The position numbers and the translations under genes were made by a program. The notes beneath the pieces are model-generated. The model was not told the origin of the DNA and did not search any database. It was given only the letters and a program-made list of their open reading frames with translations. From assembly GCF_025526975.1 (NCBI RefSeq), contig NW_026515683.1:186001-250000 (forward strand): a DNA stretch of 64,000 nt, read 5' to 3'. Below are positions 49,199 through 61,808 of the stretch, in pieces; within the stretch, counting starts at the first letter, position 1; every line of letters begins with the position of its first letter. The DNA is from Fimicolochytrium jonesii. Taxonomy: Eukaryota.

Positions 49199-50978
49199 GT
49201 TTTTCTTTTCACACTCAGGCAACGCACACAAAGTGAGGTCCGTTTCGCTATATCAACGTTGAGTATCAACCGATGCCTCTACTGCCCTAAGATATCGTTT
49301 GTCGTACGCGGATAATGGCGGTAATCGATCCGCTATTTGTCTGTCTACGTTATGCGGTTATGCTGAAGCTTTTCGGAGAGATTGCGTCGTCAAAGATGCG
49401 GGAACCTCAAAGCGTCGACGAGGAGCTTATATGGACCAACAGGAATCAAAGCAATGCGGAGGAGAGGACGTACAAGTTGCCGCTGCTCACTAAGTGGGTA
49501 TATACGGCAGTCCTCGGAGGTGAGATAATCGATGGGAACACGAGGCGCACACAGGAAGAGCCCAGGGGTCCCGACTCCGGCTGTAAACAAAGTATGATGG
49601 CCAAGCGATGCAAGGAAAGGGCTTGGCGATAGATACGGCTGATAGATCTTACGACGGAAACGAAGGGGGATCTATGATGTTTAAAGTTTCTATTCTTTCG
49701 AATGTCTCTGGGGGGAATCAAGAGTCTATCGGAGGAGGACGGGAGGCAGGGATGAGGGTGGAGTGATGGGGGGGGGGGGGGGGGGGGGGAGGACTAGGGG
49801 GTCTACAGTACCGGTTATCTACTGTATGCAGGAAGGGGCCAATGGACGAAGGAAGGCATCTTCAGCAGCGATTTGTGTGTTTGCGTGGGGGGTCAAAAAG
49901 CGGGAGTGGGTGGAATCGGATGATCTGACTTGACGCTCTTCTGTTCGCCCGACGAACGCGCGCAGTTCACCGGCGAGAAAAAAGTTCCCACTTCCCACCT
50001 CCTTCTCGTCCGCCCCTCGGACTGACTGCACACAGATCGCGCACACGCCCACTTCTAACTAGTCACGTGCACGGATTTTAACTGCGCCGCGCACCTCGTT
50101 CTTCGCGAATCAAGCACGGGAACACGCTCGGACAGCTTTCAACTTCACATCGAGCGGAACGCGGAGATTGATGAACCCATCGGCACACTTACGGCGGGCC
50201 CACATATGATGTTATACGCACACACACGCACATGCATTTTGGAAGTTTTGAAGGCGGACCTCCCGAGTCTTCCTTTGACCGCCTTTCGTTTGCGCTTTAT
50301 AAAGTTGTCCTGGACCATGAACTGCGCAAGACGGGGGGGGGCAGTGACGAGAGGGCAGTGCGCACTTTTCGCCCGTGTTGCAGTCGGTCGGTCGGTCGGG
50401 ACATCGGCCCACCCTCTCGTTCTCCCACTGTGACGTGACGTCTCCCCCCCCCGTCGCGTCTTTTGGGCACCAACATGTGCGCAGTCCATCATACGACTCC
50501 CCCCATGCCATATTTCGACAGCGTGTTTGGGATGCTGTCAATGGGTAAAAGCCCTGTTTCGCAGACAGGTAGGTCCCAACTTCCATCTCTAGACGTCAGG
50601 AGGTCTTGCATTTGCCAAGACCACGATGCTCGGCGGGACATCTTCGATAAGCTGGCGAGGGAATCGGGTTGGGAAGGAGGGGGGTCATGCATATGATAGA
50701 CGGCAAGTCATCCCGTGGAGAGGACCGGTCCAGCGAGTTCTGAGTCAGGGAGGTGATGAGCAAATGGCGGGGGGGAATGAACAGTGCGGGGGGTATAAAG
50801 TCGTTACTTTTCGCCGGTCTCAACACATTTCTTTTGCAGCCCCCGTTTGGGAACATTTTCGTTCACCAACACCCATCTTGTTCTCCGTCACGCTTTCGTA
50901 GGTCCAAAGTAGAAATCCAGCACCCACACTCCAACGCCTCGCACAAGACCCACATCCCCACCATCCCCCACCCCGAAA

Positions 50979-51338
50979 ATGGCCTCATCCGCCTCTTCAC
51001 CCGCCGCAACCTCCTCCCACTCCCACACGACCCCCAAACCCACCCCACACTCCCACACCCAGACCCACCACGCCATCCAACACGCCCTCCACACATGCTG
51101 CGACCAGCCCTCAACATCCCCTTCGATCCACATCCCAGGGTCCAACGCGATGCCGCCGGGGATGACGACGTGGGAGGCGTGGGCCGTGGGGTATGCGGCG
51201 GTCAGGGAGATGAGGGAGCGGGAGAGTAAGATACGGGCGGGGGAGAGAGAGGTGGGAGCAGGGACGAGGAGGGAAGTGGCGGGAGTGGATCATCTGTGGA
51301 ATACGGTGGTGGGGATCGTGCCGAGGTGGGGGAGGTGA
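50979..51338 (+). CDS. Hypothetical small protein (119 aa; may have upstream exons)
   Basis: ATG-initiated ORF with the C-rich to G-rich codon pattern seen in neighbouring genes; no recognised domain. Confidence 0.35.
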   Translation: MASSASSPAATSSHSHTTPKPTPHSHTQTHHAIQHALHTCCDQPSTSPSIHIPGSNAMPPGMTTWEAWAVGYAAVREMRERESKIRAGEREVGAGTRREVAGVDHLWNTVVGIVPRWGR

Positions 51339-51721
51339 TTCGGTGGGCGGGTTTCCGATTGTGGCGATTGGGGGCGCCGGGGGGGGGGGGGGGGCGGCGT
51401 GTACATGTCACAAACGGCGTATTTAGAGCAGATGCAGAACGGCGTTTTGTTCTTTTTTTTTCGAATCTCACGCATTTCTTTATGTGTACGTTTGGTGCAT
51501 GTTGTGCTGATGGAGAAGTTTTGGCTGATACATGGACTGTACAGTTTTGTGGTTTGTTTTGTGCATATATACACAGGTGACCCGCGAGACCTTGCTGCCG
51601 ATGTATCATTCGGTCGCTCGCGAGGGGGTTTACGTCATGGGTTTGTACAATCGGAAAGAGTCGTTGGAGCACAAAACTAAAGGATGAAGTATGGTGTGCG
51701 TCGACCGCAGTGGGCATCTCA

Positions 51722-53852
51722 TCACGACCGCGGTGCGATTTGCAAAACGGCGATCTTAAATGTTTCCAAAAAGGGAAAGCGAGGTGAGACACCAGTGCAA
51801 ACCAGAACCCCAACAACGCAAACCCTCCGGTCCTTACCTTGACACCCCCAGCCGCAACAGCCAACCTCTCCCCCTTCGCATTCCACTTAACCTGCACATC
51901 AACTTCCTCGCCCTTCTCCCCCGCATACGTCTTCACCAGGGTCCGATCCTAAAAATGAAAACCATCAATCCCCACCCAAACCCCAGCCCCCCTTTCCCCA
52001 CAACCATCCCCCCCTCCCAATCTCCCCAACAACGTACCTTAACATTCCAAACACAAACCCTCCCATCCGCATCCCCACTGGCCAAAAACTTCCCATTGGG
52101 CGTAAAATCCGCACACAAAACATCCGCATCGTGCGTGAACGTGTGCAACAGTTCCTGTTTAAGCACGTCCCAGAGGCGGAGGGTGCGGTCTACTCCCGCT
52201 CTAGAAAAGACCATCACAATCATTAGCCCAACGAGAGGCGTGAGGTGGCAGAGGTGAGACACGTACGTGACGAAGATGGGATTATCTGACCCGGGACACC
52301 AGCACAGTGACACGATCTCCTTGCTGTGGCCCTTGGCGGTCCAGAGGGGTTCGTCGCGGTCCATGGTCCAGATCTTGGCGGTGCCGTCGTCGGAGCAGGA
52401 GGCGAGGTATTTTTTGGTGGAGTCCCATACTACTTTGTTTACATCGCCCTGGAAATGAAACCATTCGTAATCAGCATGCGCCAACCGGGATGATGAACAG
52501 GTGATGCACTCACTACCTTATGCGAAAACTGCTTCAAAGGCTCAATATCCCCCATAACACACACATAAATCTGATTATCACTCGAAGCTGTCGCCAGGGT
52601 TCCATCATCCAGCCAATCGGCACTCAACACGGGCCCTTCGTGGAAATCGATCTTTTGCCGGACCTGCCCGCTCTCGACGTCCCAGATGATGCTCATTTTG
52701 TCGTGGCTGCCGGTGGCGATGAAGTTGGCGGAGGGGGACCATGCGAGGGCGATGATGGCGCCTGCATGGTGCTTCTCGGTGAATTTTAGGTCGCCTGGAT
52801 GCCGATGAGACAAGTTGAGACAGGGTTCACATGCTTAAGATGGGAGTATGGTGAGACGAACCTGTGCGGGTCCAGACAAATATGCGACCGTCTACAGTTC
52901 CGGCTGCTACCAACGCTCCTGACGGCTAATGAATCCACAAAGGAGTCCATGTCAGACCTTGTTCTCGGTAGTCCTTGAACTCCCTTCCGGTGCAACTCAC
53001 CGCCCACTCCAACGCGGATATGCCATTCAACCCCGTCGACCCCTTCGCCGTTGCGCTGTCGCCCATAGCCAGCTCGCGATCTTCGATTGTCTCTTCGCCT
53101 CCTTTTGTTGAGATCTGCCATAATCGGACTTTCCCGTCACGACCTCTGTGAATATCCGTGCGGAGGGGAAGAATCAGTCACTACCGCACTATGAGGGTTG
53201 TGTGTGGCGTAGTGGACGTACCCGGATGCTAGGAACTGCGGCTTTGTTGGGCTCCATGAGCATCTGAGTACCTCGGAGGGATGCGTCAATTTCGAAACTG
53301 AAGATTGGTCAATCATGACGGTGTCCACGGCCGCATCTTCAACTTCTGCCGGTGCGAAACTCATCAGCCTTGTCCAATCAAGAGACACAACGTCGCACAC
53401 CCAGTCACCCATTTCAAATCCTTACCTGCCCCAGCCTCCTCATCCCTCGCATCCTTCTTCGCCTTCCGCTCCCTCTCCCCCCTCCCCTGCCTCTTCTCCT
53501 CCTTCTTCTCCTTCCGCCCCCCAGTCGCAACCTCCTCCCTCCTCGCCCTCTTCGCCGGCCTCCCACTCTCCGCCTTCTCCTCCCCCTCAATCACACACTC
53601 ATGCGGCTCCAGGAGCGAAAACGGCGCCGAGCACTTCTTCTCCGTCCCGTCTTCGTTGACATGGAGCTCGATCTCGGCGTACTGGAGTCCTTTTTGGAGG
53701 AGGTTGATCAGTGCCCCTGGGCGGATGTGTGACCCGCGGATGTTCCGGCGGTACAGGGAGCTTTCTTGTTGGAAGGCGAAGGTGGAGTGGGTGAAGCCGG
53801 ATTCGACGAGGTAGCGGTATATTAGGTAGTTGACTTGGTCGCTTGTTACCAT
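51722..53852 (-). CDS. TBL1: LisH + WD40 protein, TBL1/Sif2/Ebi family, multi-exon
   Basis: LisH VTSDQVNYLIYRYLVESGFTHS, PGALINLLQKGLQY, and WD40 repeats such as LASCSDDGTAKIW and ATGSHDKMSIIWD. Confidence 0.88.
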
Positions 53853-54458
53853 CTTTGTAGCGGGCGAGAGGCTGCCAAGCCGTTTATTGAACTATGAAAG
53901 GTATCGACTCGTTCTCCTGCCGCCTTTTCCGGTCCAGCCGGTGGTAATGCTAACTTGCAAGTCAACGACGGCGAAGTCCGGTGGGCAATACGTTCCGAAA
54001 CGATTCGACGGCGTGGAGAGCGAGCCAAGTCCGACACAAATGCAAATCAGCCCAGGGTTCTCCTCTTCTCCCCTTTCCGTTCCTTTGCCGTACGTTTTGA
54101 AGTACGTCCAGTTGAAAAAAGGCGAGCTTCCCACGGCGGCCGACAACGAAAGTCGATAAAATGTCGAGCCTATGCGATTGGAACCACGGATACGGAGAGA
54201 AAAGCTGCGTCGTAGCGGCAGTATCTTTGTTGACAGGCAGCCCCGTAATATGTAGTCTGCCCCTGTATCAGTACGAGAGCGCAAGTAGTGCAGTTTCGGG
54301 ACTGAGCGCCCAATGTCAAATCGTCAAAACGTTCGCCCGTTGGCATCCATCGGTCGCGTCCCACAAGTCCCAGCAGAAGTCCCAGAGCAGGTCCCAGAGA
54401 GGCCTCGTCAGAATTTCCCTGTCGCAACACCCACCACCACCCTCCGAACGTACGCAGC

Positions 54459-54998
54459 ATGTCACAATCAACCCGTCTCCCCTCAGCACTCTCATCCCAA
54501 CGCACAACAGCTGCCCAAAACACAGTGCCCATAGACCCCGCCCTCATCGACGACGTCGAAAAACACGCGCAGGAAATCTCAGACGATCTCGCTGTTTTCA
54601 TGGGGAAATTGCGGAGTAGGCTCGACGAGGTACCTGACATCATAGGTTACTCGGCCAATTCTGGCAACGTCTAACCTGAACTATGATTGGAATCCAGATG
54701 ACGGCTGCAACAAGCCAATCAGTCTCACTAACAACCGACAGCGCGCGCAACCTCTCGACAGCGGTGCACGAATCCGTCGCCGAGACGAGCGAGCTGATCA
54801 ATACGGTTGGGTCGATGAAGAATGAGATGGTCAAGGTTAAGGCTCTGGCTGGGCAGATGTGGGTAACATGACTGCGGGGTAAAATTCTTTGGAGACGCTT
54901 TGGAGGTTCTAATGATTTTTTGGATGATTTTCTTTTTTTGTAGTAAGAGCTTGAAAGATAATTTGGACTGGTTGGAGGCTGTGGTGGGGAAGGGGTGA
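54459..54998 (+). CDS. BORC subunit 6 (BORCS6/DUF2365)-like small coiled-coil protein, 3 exons
   Basis: PIDPALIDDVEKHAQEISDDL...LAGQ/IKSLKDNLDWLE resembles the BORCS6 core; GT-AG introns keep the frame. Confidence 0.65.
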
Positions 54999-56131
54999 TG
55001 ATGAGGTGGATTTGTTTGAGGATTGGAGAGGGAGAAGGTGGAAAGCGAACGCGGACAAGCGGATCAACAATCCTTAGAGCGGGCCGATCGAACAACGTGC
55101 ATCGGAAAGTTCGGATCCGGCTTTGGACGTCGGACACAACCCTTAACGTACGCACGGTGTCCTAAGTTCAATCGCACGGGCCCACCGGTCCTCGAACATG
55201 ACGGCCTCACCCGGACCCATTCACGGAGCACTCACCTTTGCAGACCCTCGACAGCTCTTCGGCGAACTGGGATTCAGCACGGATCGCGAGTTTACGCCGC
55301 GGATGAGATGCATGCGGATCTACGGGTCTTTTTGCAAAGCGGCGTTGGGGTGGGACGCCGATCGCCTCCAGGCACCCGCCCTGCTTCATCCGCCCTTTGG
55401 CGTTCTTTGGGATGTCAGCCCGGGATGACCGCTGGAAGGTGGAGATGCAAGTTTTGATGCCATGCATCGGCAGTCAAACCAGCAGAGGGGGTTGGAGAAA
55501 CATAGCTGAATATCCTATCATTGCCCGGCGAGCGCGAAGCCCGCTCCGGAAACAGCAATCAGAAAGGGCTCGATTTTTCGTGTACATAGTTCAGTGACCA
55601 CTGTTGTCCATGCAGGCTACCTCTCAGGAAATTGACTGTTTGGAAGAGCAGAGTTGGATGTGCACTTTTTTTTGTTTCTTTAGCTGATGTGTCGAGCTTC
55701 CAGGTCAAGCAAAGAACGCGTCAAGAAAGTCGCTTACGCAAGGTCTCACGCGTTTCCGTTGCAAACCCTGTGGACGAAGCCCGAGGTGCGGTGATTGTTG
55801 AGGGGAAAGGCTGACAATCAGGGGAAGAGGATATGCAAAGCAGCGAACGGGTGCGCGGTTTATGAAAGGAGGGAAGACGGAGAAATGCAGACCGGGGATG
55901 GACGCACTTTGATCCCGGTAGTCAAAAAGGAATCGCAAGCGTCACCGCTTTTCATGACGCTGCATCTCAAGGAAGCTGATGAAAGTCAGCGGAGTTTTCA
56001 GAAATGGATGACGAGATTCCATTAGGCCAGGCTAGAAAGTCTACTCAGTCAAGCAAAAAAAAAAGCCGCCCATGCTTCACCGTCGTCTCGAAATCTAGCT
56101 ATGTACACCACCGAAAGCCCATCGTCCAACG

Positions 56132-57173
56132 CTACGCCGTCGTCACACTCACACTCGCAGGTTGCGGTATCGCATGCTCTCCATCCCCGGCCCCAACCGG
56201 CACCCCCCTATGCAGCACCGTCACGCTACTCCCACAAAACATGCACTTGGACGCCTTCTCCGAGATCTCCTCCAGACAATACGGGCAATCCTTCAACCGT
56301 TTCAGAAACTTGGACCGCTCGTGCAGCAAGCTCGTGTATGCTTTGATGACCAGGAATAGGATGATGGTTACTGTGGAGAAGTAGAGGATGCGTTGTAGGA
56401 AGTGGCCGTAGTTCCATGTTACGATTCCCACTGTGTCGTGAAAGGGATGGAAGAATGAGATGTGGGTTGGTTGCTTGATGGTTGTTGGGTCAATGGGATG
56501 AATGATGCAAACGGCACCCGTATCCGAGCGCCAGCGAATGGGAGACGGTGGGCGGAGCAGCTCGCTTCGCTCGCAGAAGATCTGAGGCTCGCTCATAGCC
56601 CTGATGAGGGGAATATTCGCGCCTTTGGCGCACTGTGGCTCGCTCCGGTCCCACTCAGCCCTCGCTCACGCAACCCACCTTCCTTCGCCTGATCCACCGT
56701 CTGCGGATCCTCACACCAATTCCGATGTTTCTCACACGCCTCCGACCCCATATCCGCCGGCCTCAGGATCAAAAACGCCTGGTCGAGCGGCCGCGCAGCC
56801 AGCAAGCCCAGGATGGGAGACAGAAGGTCGTCGACTACGGACGAGACGATCGACGAGAACGCCGCCCCGATGACGACCCCGATGGCGAGGTCGAGGACGC
56901 GCCCGCGGTTGATGAATTCCTGTTTCCGGGGGTCGAGCAACGAACATCGTGAGCATTCCGAAAAAGAAGCGGCAAGCTCGAAACGCTGGTGATATAGAAT
57001 CTACAATTCGAGGCCTGACTTTGATGCCCTCCTGCTACGGCTGTTCCCTCATCTCGCTACTATCATACCTTAAAGTCATCCCAGTTCGATCTGGTGACCT
57101 CGCGGGCGGTGTCGACGGCTCTGGGCAGGAGCGGGCGGCGTTCGCTTGGGGTTGAAGGGCGGGAGTCTGGCAT
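56132..57173 (-). CDS. mscL: Large-conductance mechanosensitive channel MscL with C-terminal Zn ribbon, 3 exons
   Basis: [40 protein letters not shown] (S1/TM1), NYGHFLQ...LFLVIK (TM2), CPYC-x10-CMFC. Confidence 0.9.
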
Positions 57174-57633
57174 TTCGTTGGGGGAGAGGAACGTTGACAG
57201 GGGCGGTGGGTTGGATGGGATGGTGCGAGAGGCCCTAGGAAGGTGAGGGCCGTGCCGTGCGGTGGTGATGAGAAGGACGATTGTGGGTCCCAATGGGTCG
57301 AAGCAGGGGATGACGTGAAGGGGCTGCGCGCGACGGTTCCGCTGCGACGCGTTCTTGTCCATCTGCCCCTGTCCAGTCAGGGAGGTACAGCTCCATTGCC
57401 AAGAACATCGACAAAAGATGCGTTTTCCATGATCAGCGTCCCCACGCTGCAGGCATGAATCCCAGCTTTGTTTATCTCATGCAGTACTCACACAAGAGAT
57501 GGCATGTGCGTCAATGTATCCCCTCTTCATCCTCTACAGAATTCCATCCCAACGACTCCCCTTCATCCACCCCACCCCACCCCTCATTGCACTGCACCAA
57601 CACTCCAAAAAAATCTCTTTCGCCAACCCTCCA

Positions 57634-58259
57634 TCACCCAACACTCTTCCTCGCCCCACCGCCAACCCTCACAACCACGCTCCCACTCCTCGCCACCTCC
57701 CTCTCCTTACTATTCAACGCATACACCTTCTTCGCGCTCCCATTCACATCCCACAGACTTTCATCCTCCACAATGTGGTCGCCAACAACCACATCCGCCT
57801 CCTCTTCCTCCCCTAACGGCCTGATAACGCCCCGAGAGGTCGCATCCCCCAACGAAAAAAACTCGTCGTAGCGTTTATCGTACCCCTCATAGTGGAGTTT
57901 GATCTTCCAGTGGGGCGGGAGGTTGGCCGATGCGGGGACGGGGGCATAGTAGAGCATGCGGGCCTTGTACCACAAAAGCGGCCCTTCTTTGTCGGATCGG
58001 ATGCGGAGGAGGTCGCCGAATTGGAGGTTGAAGTGGAAGCCGTTGGGGGGGTGGTTGAGGAGGGGGCGGGTGGTTGTCGGGTCGAGGTCTAGGGGGGTTG
58101 CGGTGGTGGCTGGTGAGGGTGAGGGTGATGGTTCGGGCGCGAGTATGGGTGCGATTTCGTGAGGATGTGTGTCGTCGGAACGCGGGGACTGGGTGATTGG
58201 AATAGACGGCGGTGCCGCTGGCGGTTGAGGTGACGCCTCCGTTTCTGTCGCGTCGCTAA

Positions 58260-58297
<38 letters not shown>

Positions 58298-61071
58298 TGC
58301 CCCTTCTTCTTCCTCGGTACCGGCGTACGCTTCGCCACCGTATCAGTAGTACTCTTCCGTTTCGCCGGTGTACGTTTCTTCTTCACTTCCGGTGACGCAG
58401 TCTGCGGCGAACTGGTGACGGATGTTTCCGTTTTCGGTGGTACATCGAGCTTCCGTCGTTTCGCCGCCGGTTTGGCTCCACCTTTCGCTTTCGCGACTTC
58501 AACAACTTCTCCCTCCACCTGGCCCTTCTCCTCCTTCTGCATCGCTTTCGGATTCCCAGCAATCCCATCGCCCAAGACCGCCTCAAACTCACCCCCATCC
58601 GCCGCCTCCGACTCCACTCCGTCCGTGACCGCCACAACCCGGATTCGATACCTCCCCACCACTCCTCTTTCCCGCCGCTTTCGTCCAGTGGATGGAGCTA
58701 CACGCCGCTCAATGTCGCTGACGAATCCCCACCACCGATTATCGCCGCGCCCGGTCCAGATGGTCGTCCACGCGTCGGCTTTTTCATTGGCGTTTCCGTC
58801 TGCATTTCCATTTGCTTTTTCGGCCGTTGGGGGCGCGGTGGATAAGCGGCATGTTGCCTGGATTTTATAAGTGAGGTCCGGGAGCGCATCGGCCCATGTC
58901 ACCAGCACGTTCGGCGCGTCGCTGAAGAATGATCGGGCGGGGGTATAAATCGGTAGTGCAGCTATAGTAGTCGGGGGTGTATCAGAGGGCCAGCTCCGTT
59001 TCGTCAGACAAACCTTCTGTGGTGGGTGTGGCCGTTCTGTCAATTGCAAGAAGACAAATAGGGTAAGCGCTCACCGGGCCATAAGTGATTTGACAGACGT
59101 AGACATCGACCCTTACCTCCTAAACATACATACGCAACACCCTCCACCACCGCCTTCGATTCATACCCCGTCGCGGGCCACACTTTCGCCTCCACCCGCA
59201 CCCCATACTCCTCCTCCGGCCCAACCTCCCACTTTGATCCATCCCCGCTATGCACCCCTTCAACAACACATCGCCGCTCAGCACCCTCGTACACCACATT
59301 CCACTCATCCATTTCCTGCGTCCTCCGTCTGATCGATACCGTGTATGTCGTACCCGGAGTGGTGGTGGTCCCGCCCCAGGTTATGCATAACGCGTGACGG
59401 GGTTGTGTCTGGCGGTCGATGTATAACGGGCCCGGTGATGCGGGCGGTCCGAGTTCCAGATGCCACATGTCGTCTAACAGCTGTGGGGATCGAGAGGGGG
59501 TTCCGTCCCAGCCCTGGGTTGGGGCGATCCCGCTGGTGATGTAGAGTCTGTTGCCGATCTGAATTCACAACATAACAGGATGAGTCCCCGGATTTTGTGG
59601 GAGGGAGAGTGCCATGGGCTTTTTCTTACCAGTGCCGCACCGTGGTCTGCGCGTGGTGGCGCAGATGGGCTATCGTCTCCTACTGGCTGCAGGGCCTCCC
59701 AACAAAGCTTATCTGTTCCCGTGGAAGATGATGTAAGCATCCCTTCTCAGTAGTACAGCCACGCACATCTGCGTCCCTACCTAAATCGAGGATATGCACA
59801 TCGGAAGGACGTTGCATTACCCCGTTAGGTACAGACTGCTGCTCCTGTCCTCCATACACGACCATCCTATCCCCACAAACAACCGCCGAATGTTTCGAGC
59901 GGCCTGGTGGGATGGTGCCGCCGATTTCAGGATAGATCCACGTCGCCGAATCTTGAAATCAGTCCCCACTTAGATTTCGAGTACCGCTGGTGGTCGCACC
60001 CATACGTAAGTGAAGGCAAGACCAGAAACGCACCTATATCCAAAACAGCAACATCCCCTAACCGCTTCGGGCGATCCGGCCCCGCCGCGTCCACAGTCAT
60101 TCCCCCGTAAACAACCAACCACCTCCGTTTCCCGTCCGCACTCGCCCAAAACACCGTCGTATGATGTTCCCTCGCGTCCGGCGCCTTCCCTGTCACCTCC
60201 AGCCGCCTCCAAACTCTCGAATGCAGGCTGAAGATATACGCGTCGTTCAGGTATGTGTTCGGGTACGCGAACCCGCCAAAGAGGAACAGACAGGGCTCGG
60301 ATGCTGTTTGCGGGTGTGCCGGGATGTAGGTGAGGGTGGCGTTTATGCGCGGATAGGGTATGTTGACGCCCGTAGTGGGGAGTTCGGAGAAGAGCTGTGT
60401 TTCCGGGTCGTACTTTGACAGCTAGTACACCCTCAAGTTTCAGTTTGTCACATTCCCAAAACAAACATGGAAGGGGGCCACTCACCGTATTGACAAACGC
60501 CAACCTCCCCTCAACCACCTTCATCCCCCCAAAAATATACACAGCGGTCCCATCCCCCGCAACAGCCATCCCAACCGTCGGCCGCGGCTGCACAGCGGGT
60601 CCATCCACGTCGTTCCCCCGTTTCCGTTTGCCCGTCGACGGTGGCGGCGGCGTGGTGGAGATGATCGCCCACGACGAGGTCTCTTGAAGGAAGCACGTGT
60701 CAGTCTTCTTCGGTGTATCGGACGAGCACTAGTAGAAGCGTCCGGCAAAGCACACTCAATATGCGTCTCCACTTCTCGCGGGGGGTTTTTTTTTCTTCAT
60801 AGTCTCGCCAGGTTCGTCACTCACCTGGATCGAACTCAAAACACCCCGCGAGAATCTGCTGCGAATCCGAGCCCCAGAACATGAGCATCTTTGTCTGGGT
60901 CTGCAGGGCACGGTTCCCCCGTTTGTCGGACTTTGAAGGTCTAGCCGATGGCCGCGTGCATTGCACCGCTATACATTTATGGCCGAACCGTGCTGCGGGG
61001 GTTAGGGCTCCGTCGCCTTCTATGCGGACCTGCGACCAACGGCCGGTGAGGGGAGTCGGGGCGGCGGCCAT
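57634..61071 (-). CDS. Kelch-repeat + fibronectin type III + Tudor-knot/chromo-barrel protein, multi-exon
   Basis: Kelch motifs ARFGH, VYIFGG, AREHHT..LVVYGG, MVVYGG, PRADH; FN3-like WNVVYEG...YGVRVEA and WTTIWTG...YRIRVVAV; basic NLS-like stretch; WYKARM...IKLHYEGYDKRYDEFF. Confidence 0.75.
58262..58297. repeat. (GACACC)6 repeat encoding (VS)n in the Kelch protein
   Basis: Direct reading of the sequence. Confidence 0.9.
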
Positions 61072-61373
61072 GGCGTGTTGAGTGTGTTTCGGCAGGTCAA
61101 TTCTCAGCGCGGGGCACTGTGGAGGCGCCTTCCCCTTGGGTGCTGTGCTGTGAGGTGTGTGTCTTGAACAGGCCTGTTGCGGTTGACACCGACCTCCCCG
61201 TCGTTGTTCGAAGGAAACAGAACGAGGCTGTCAACTGTGTTGTCTTAAGACCCAGGGGAAGACCGGGAAGGCCATTGCTGCTAGTGTGGCGCAGGCTCCA
61301 AGTCCACGCAAGCCACACGGGAATCCCGTCGTTTTGATTCTGATATCCCAAAGCTTATTGTCGAAAGACTATG

Positions 61374-61430
61374 ACGCGTGAGAATTTTAACTACGTAGTC
61401 ACCCTCCTCGCAATCAATCAAAAGACGCGT
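61374..61430. promoter_or_regulatory. Two MCB-type ACGCGT boxes in the divergent Kelch/APSES promoter
   Basis: ACGCGT at 61374-61379 and 61425-61430. Confidence 0.35.
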
Positions 61431-61808
61431 CCCAATGTGTCTCCTTCCATTGGCGGAGTTGCAAAGTGGCCTGCGCAGTCCCCCCCTTATAATGACCCCT
61501 TTCTGGCTTCCCGCTCTTCCTTCCGCTTCCCATCGTCCGCCAGGCCTAAATGCATGCAGGAGAATCATCGCAACCCACCCCCGCTTTCCACTTACTTATG
61601 AGCAGAATACAGACAGGGCTTGTGACGAAAACCCACAAAGAAAGCGAGCTTGGGTGTTGCGTTGCGTCCGGTGAGGGTTGTTGAAAGTTTTGGGCCATCT
61701 CGGAACACTCTCACACATCAGGCGGGGGACCACACCGACGGATCTCGCACACTCGTCGTTACTGCAAGGACGCTCGCATATCGTTTTCCCATCGCAGCAG
61801 CTACAGCC

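Noticed and set aside
50062..50442. E-box (GTCACGTG) and CRE-like (TGACGTGACGTC) motifs upstream of HMGR as sterol-response elements
   Set aside because: Short motifs 0.9-1.2 kb from the ATG are expected by chance; there is no conservation evidence.
13603..57173. Bacterial-type genes (citrate synthase, class II HMGR, MscL) as one horizontally acquired island or a contaminant
   Set aside because: They are 10-30 kb apart and interleaved with core eukaryotic genes, and two have spliceosomal introns. There is no operon structure.
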